The notes below the pieces were generated by a model that made no database searches, had not been told where the DNA came from, and saw only the letters and a program-made list of their open reading frames with translations. The translations under genes and the position numbers were made by a program. From contig JBDRTG010000039.1 in the NCBI GenBank assembly GCA_043824255.1, positions 1 through 41,035 of the forward strand: 41,035 bases of DNA, written 5' to 3'. This DNA is from a bacterium. GTDB lineage: Bacteria; JAHJDO01. Positions 37,287 through 41,035 of this stretch are shown here, in pieces. The stretch's first letter is position 1, and each line of letters opens with the position of its first letter.

Positions 37287-40200
37287 ATGAAGACCTGGAA
37301 AAATGCGTGGCTGGTAGTGAGCATTGCGGTTATGGTAATAAGTACAGGATCATTAGCTTATGGCAGAGGCGGCGGTTTGGAGCGTAGATACTACACCGCC
37401 GGCAGTAACTATCACATCCCCGACACCTGCGCAGGTGCTATCTATCAATAGTATAACAATAACAGGAACTGCTTCGGACAATGTAGTGGTAGACCATGTC
37501 TATGTAACAGTGAATGGTAACGGGGCGGATGCAACAGGAACAACAAGTTGGAGTAAAAGTGTTTTGCTTGTTCTGGGTTCCAATGTAATAACCGCAACGG
37601 CATATGATACATCGGGGAATACCGCGGGAAAAACCATAACAGTTACATTGGAGGATTGTGTTGGTTTATGGCACCTTGATCATGAGGGAGCAGATGATGA
37701 AGCAATAGACTCCTCTGCTTATGGTAATCACGGAACACTCGTGACGATGGATACCAATCCCGCCTCTCCTGACTTCTGCTGGGTAGACGGCAAAATAGGT
37801 AATGCCCTGGAGCTTGACGGCGTGGATGATTATGTAGAAATACCCCACACACCTTCAATAAACCTGGAAGCAAACCACCCTTTCACCATAAGTTATTGGA
37901 TGTATGAAAGCCTTCCAAATCTTTGCGCAACTGTAATGAAAGGTTCGTTTTGGGACGGTTATGGACACTTGCTTAGCGCAACAGATAACCGAATACTCAT
38001 TTATACAGATGGTTCTGTTTCTATCGAACTGGCGGTTAGTAATGCGTGGGATTGTAATAAGTGGTATCATATCGCACAGACTTATGATAGCAGCGGAGTA
38101 ATTAGAGTATATTCAAATGGAGCGCTTAAAGGCACCAGTGCTGCTGGAAAAAATCTCATAACTAATGCTGAACCATTATATATTGGAGCAGATGACGGGG
38201 TAAGGTATTATTTCAACGGCGCAATCGACGAAGTCAGGATTTACAGTAAGGCATTAACCGCGGAGGAGATTGAAGAGCTTTTTCTGGTTGGCACCCGGAG
38301 TCCTTTTTTTGCAAACAAAATAGAGGTTGAGGCGGGCGGGAGATTAATGCTCCATCCCAAACTCCCTTATATCGAGGGCTTGCCGGATGAAGAGTATAAT
38401 CTGGTGTTGAATTTCCCTGACGCGATTAGCCTTAACGACTTGCAGGTCCTGGGCACGGATCTAAAAGACAGGGCCCCATCGATAAGCGAAACTGTTGTAG
38501 ATGAGGAGATACGCAGGGAGCTGTTCTACAAGCCCGATCTGTCGATGTTAATTGATGGGATGGAACTTCACCTCCTCACTTATAACACGAATGGCGACGG
38601 CATGTATATACCAACTATTAAATTCTCCGGGACATTCGACTGGATGACATTCAGCAGGGAGATGCGGGTTTCCGAGGACATTGTTGGAGTAAAGCCATTG
38701 CTCTTGAAGTGGGATAGTAATCCAATCCAAACTGGAACCTTGTCTTTCGCGAGTCTCCAGATCCGTGAAGTTGACAGCGGCCTGACGGTCTTCAATTTTC
38801 ATCCCGATGAACCGGTTGTCATGCAGCTTGGGGTAGGCCTGCAAGCTTACTGGCTCTCTACCGAGACAGTTGAATTAATTCCAGGCCGGAAATATATGAT
38901 TGAATGTCAAGCCAAGGGAGAGACGATAGTAGGCCCGGACGCTGTGTTAAGCATTAAGGACGCATTGACGAACAAAGTCTGTTATACGCGGACTCTTGTC
39001 TTCGACATCGCCCCCGGGGTTTCCCTTCCGGACAAACTTCTTTGGAGAATAGAAGATAATGATGGCCAAGTATATGAAATGAACGAGCTCACATTGGTCG
39101 CGGCAAACGCGAGGATTGCCCCCGCGGTCACTGACACCTCCTCGTGGATATGCGAAACCCTGCTTCAGAAGGAGACTTTACCCGTCCAAGAGCTCTATAT
39201 CGGGAAGCTCCACTCATGGGGCTTGAATACCATTGAGCCGGATATGCGGGTTCCGGCTTACGATGCGCCCTTGACGGAGGAATCCTTGTCTATGCCGGTC
39301 GCGCAGGAGGCCAAGCTCCTGGGAATGCGGGTAAGAACCTATCTGTCTTTTCTATATCGGAATATAAACTCTGCAAGCTATCTTATTGCCAATCCACAAG
39401 CTGCGATGATTGATCCACTGGGTAGGACATCGAAAGTTCCATATATTTGCCCCACGCATTATCTGGCTGAGGGAAATCCATGGTTGAATTATTACTTGGA
39501 CGCGATCAGGGAAAGCGTGGAGATAAATGACTTGGATGGCGTCTTCTATGATTATGAAATTAACGCTGCTCCATATAGGAAAGTCGGCTCAGACAACGTA
39601 GCGTACCCACCTGACGAGCCTAGGATATGGAATTCCCCATGCATCTGCGAGCGATGCCGCACGGCTTTCCAAGCCGGCATTGGACTGGACCATGTGCCCA
39701 GCATCGATGAATGCTGCGAAGACTTGTATGAGGAATGGACTGATTTCCGCTGTTGCCAGAATATTGAGCTGTGGTCTTTGACAAGCCAGGCCGCCAAGGC
39801 CGGCAACTCCAATGCCACTTTCGCAATCTATAGCGGGCCTCCCGGCGATTACAGCAGGCAGACCTATGGAGTTGACTGGATTATGGCTGCTCCTTATTTG
39901 GACTTTGCGATGCAGCGTTACTTTTCGCCAATCCCGGTGCAAGCGGCGGATGGATTCAGCTCTGCTCTTACGATGGGAATACCAGTCGGGCAGGCGCCTC
40001 CCAAGATGCTTTTCCAGCTCAACGTGTTTCCCTACTCGGACCAATGGAAGTATGGTGTCGATGACAACAGGGTATATGCCCAACTGCTCAATATGAAGAA
40101 CGATATTGTGCGGACTGTAGCCATATGCAGGAGCTTTGGCTGGTCCTTTACGGGTATATGGGGTATGGATGATCAGTTAACCCTGCCGATAAAGGAGGCA

Positions 40201-40437
40201 AATGCGCTGTTGGCCGCGTATGAGGATTATTTTGTGTCTGGAGAAAAGGTTGAGGACTTGGTCATAGTGCTGGAGGGGGATGTTGAGACCGCAACGTGGC
40301 AGTGGGGAACCGGGATGGTGACTTTCGTGTTCAACAGGAAGGCTCTGGTGCAGGACGTTGTTTTGAAGATGGATGACCCGTCGATTGAGGCGGCGTTTAA
40401 AGTTGAGGCTTACGATTGTCATGTAAATGAGTGGTGA
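37287..40437 (+). pseudogene. Secreted Ig-like + LamG + putative GH barrel protein; signal peptide out of frame by one base near 37362
   Basis: GAGGAG RBS then MKTWKNAWLVVSIAVMVISTGSLAY; the body ORF 37360-40437 has DTTPPAVTITSP (Ig-like), LWHLD...GKIGNALELDG...FNGAIDEVRIY (LamG) and DYE...CICERC...W.DFR. May be intact if the extra base is a sequencing error. Confidence 0.75.
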
Positions 40438-40494
40438 TTTAAGACAATAAAGCCTACTGCTTTCACAATGACAAAATCGATGTTTTTGCGGTTT

Positions 40495-40752
40495 AGTTTT
40501 TGAGGATGGTCTAAGGTCACGGATTTGCTTGCGGCGTTTAGTTCCTCTGGGTACTTCGCAGGTTAGCCGGGGATAATCCTTTATGCTCATATTGCGGGTA
40601 AAGCCTCTGGACTTTTTCAAATGTTGGCAGTCAGGGTCAGGTACAGTCTCTAATTGAGATCGGAATTGTCTTAGACACTGTTTGTTGCAGGCGAATGTAA
40701 GGCGTTTATCATCTTTATCGAAACCGTTAGATTTGCAGGTAACACCACAAAA
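40495..40752 (-). pseudogene. Probable DDE transposase internal fragment
   Basis: GFD...L.F.C...C...C...G......PRL..EVPRGTKRRKQIRDLRPSSK resembles the Cys-rich insertion and 'PRG...W...Y..R...ER' region of IS4/IS5/IS1182-like transposases. Confidence 0.45.
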
Positions 40753-40894
40753 AACTGAATATGCTATAACGAATCTCAACTATTTTAGTTTAACAAACTC
40801 CAGCCAAAACATTTTAACTTCCTTATATCTCTTCTTCTCCCCGGGGGTGAGTCACCATGTTCCTGTTCATTTCCAAGAACAGAAAATTTTTTAT

Positions 40895-41035
40895 TGTAAT
40901 ACCAAAATGATAATGTCCTAATTAGCCAAAATAGAAATGTCCGCTTTTAAGGAAGCTATAATACCCGATTTGAGAGGAGGGTATTATGGCAGAAAGGGAC
41001 ATAATCATGGCGAGTCAAAGGGAATTAAAGCGTTT
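40895..41035 (+). mobile_element. Left end of an IS1202-family (formerly ISNCY) insertion sequence with transposase start at 40986, truncated by the window
   Basis: End begins with TGT and has two tandem subterminal repeats (CCAAAATGATAATGTCC / CCAAAATAGAAATGTCC); GAGGAGG RBS; MAERDIIMASQRELKR N-terminus. Confidence 0.75.

Noticed and set aside
37224..37451. 75-aa ORF as an independent gene
   Set aside because: Its TTG lies inside the sigma54 -24 box; the portion from 37287 is the displaced signal peptide of the downstream gene.
40855..40894. dif/Xer target site next to the IS1202-like end
   Set aside because: No XerC/XerD-like 11-6-11 pattern is recognisable, only a small CTGTTC...GAACAG hairpin.
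40682..40921. 79-aa plus-strand ORF
   Set aside because: It spans the transposase relic antisense and the IS end, with no coding features.
1..41035. CRISPR array, tRNA/rRNA, DGR or retron
   Set aside because: No regularly spaced repeat-spacer array, cloverleaf, reverse transcriptase or TR/VR pair was noticed by eye; dedicated scans were not run.

Overview
AT-rich bacterial window. DUF1559/H-X9-DG and LPS heptosyltransferase genes suggest a diderm, probably anaerobic, PVC-like or candidate-phylum organism (inference only). Five blocks are visible. (1) 1-880: decayed integrative or plasmid element with an excisionase-like HTH, truncated RepA_N, and iteron- and arm-site-like repeats. (2) 891-2500 (-): a c-di-GMP-I riboswitch directly upstream of a Ser/Thr kinase-PilZ fusion and a small HTH_17 gene. 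(3) 2546-30001 (+): a carbohydrate/amine catabolic island. It holds a chimeric LacI, a frameshifted prepilin/H-X9-DG gene, secreted CBM/GH-like proteins and a GH36-like enzyme, then a ROK-led run of 15 enzyme genes (MttB-like, TPP E1 alpha/beta, Fe-S flavoprotein, MDR, aminotransferases IV and III, Ord/DapB-like, deacetylase, split transketolase, two UroD/MtaA-like, Thr-type sulfatase-like, CBM9, double amidohydrolase, SDR). (4) 30002-35450 (-): AAA-DUF4143, GT9, radC, two GT4 and Trm112. (5) 35530-41035 (+): a PilZ-sigma54 activator, its likely UAS, a near-consensus -24/-12 promoter, a frameshifted secreted Ig/LamG/GH-like gene, a transposase relic and the left end of an IS1202-like element. 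The best candidate for an undescribed system is a c-di-GMP circuit: the two PilZ signalling genes, 33 kb apart, share a near-identical triple-TTGAC promoter motif. All calls are by-eye motif recognition; no searches were run.
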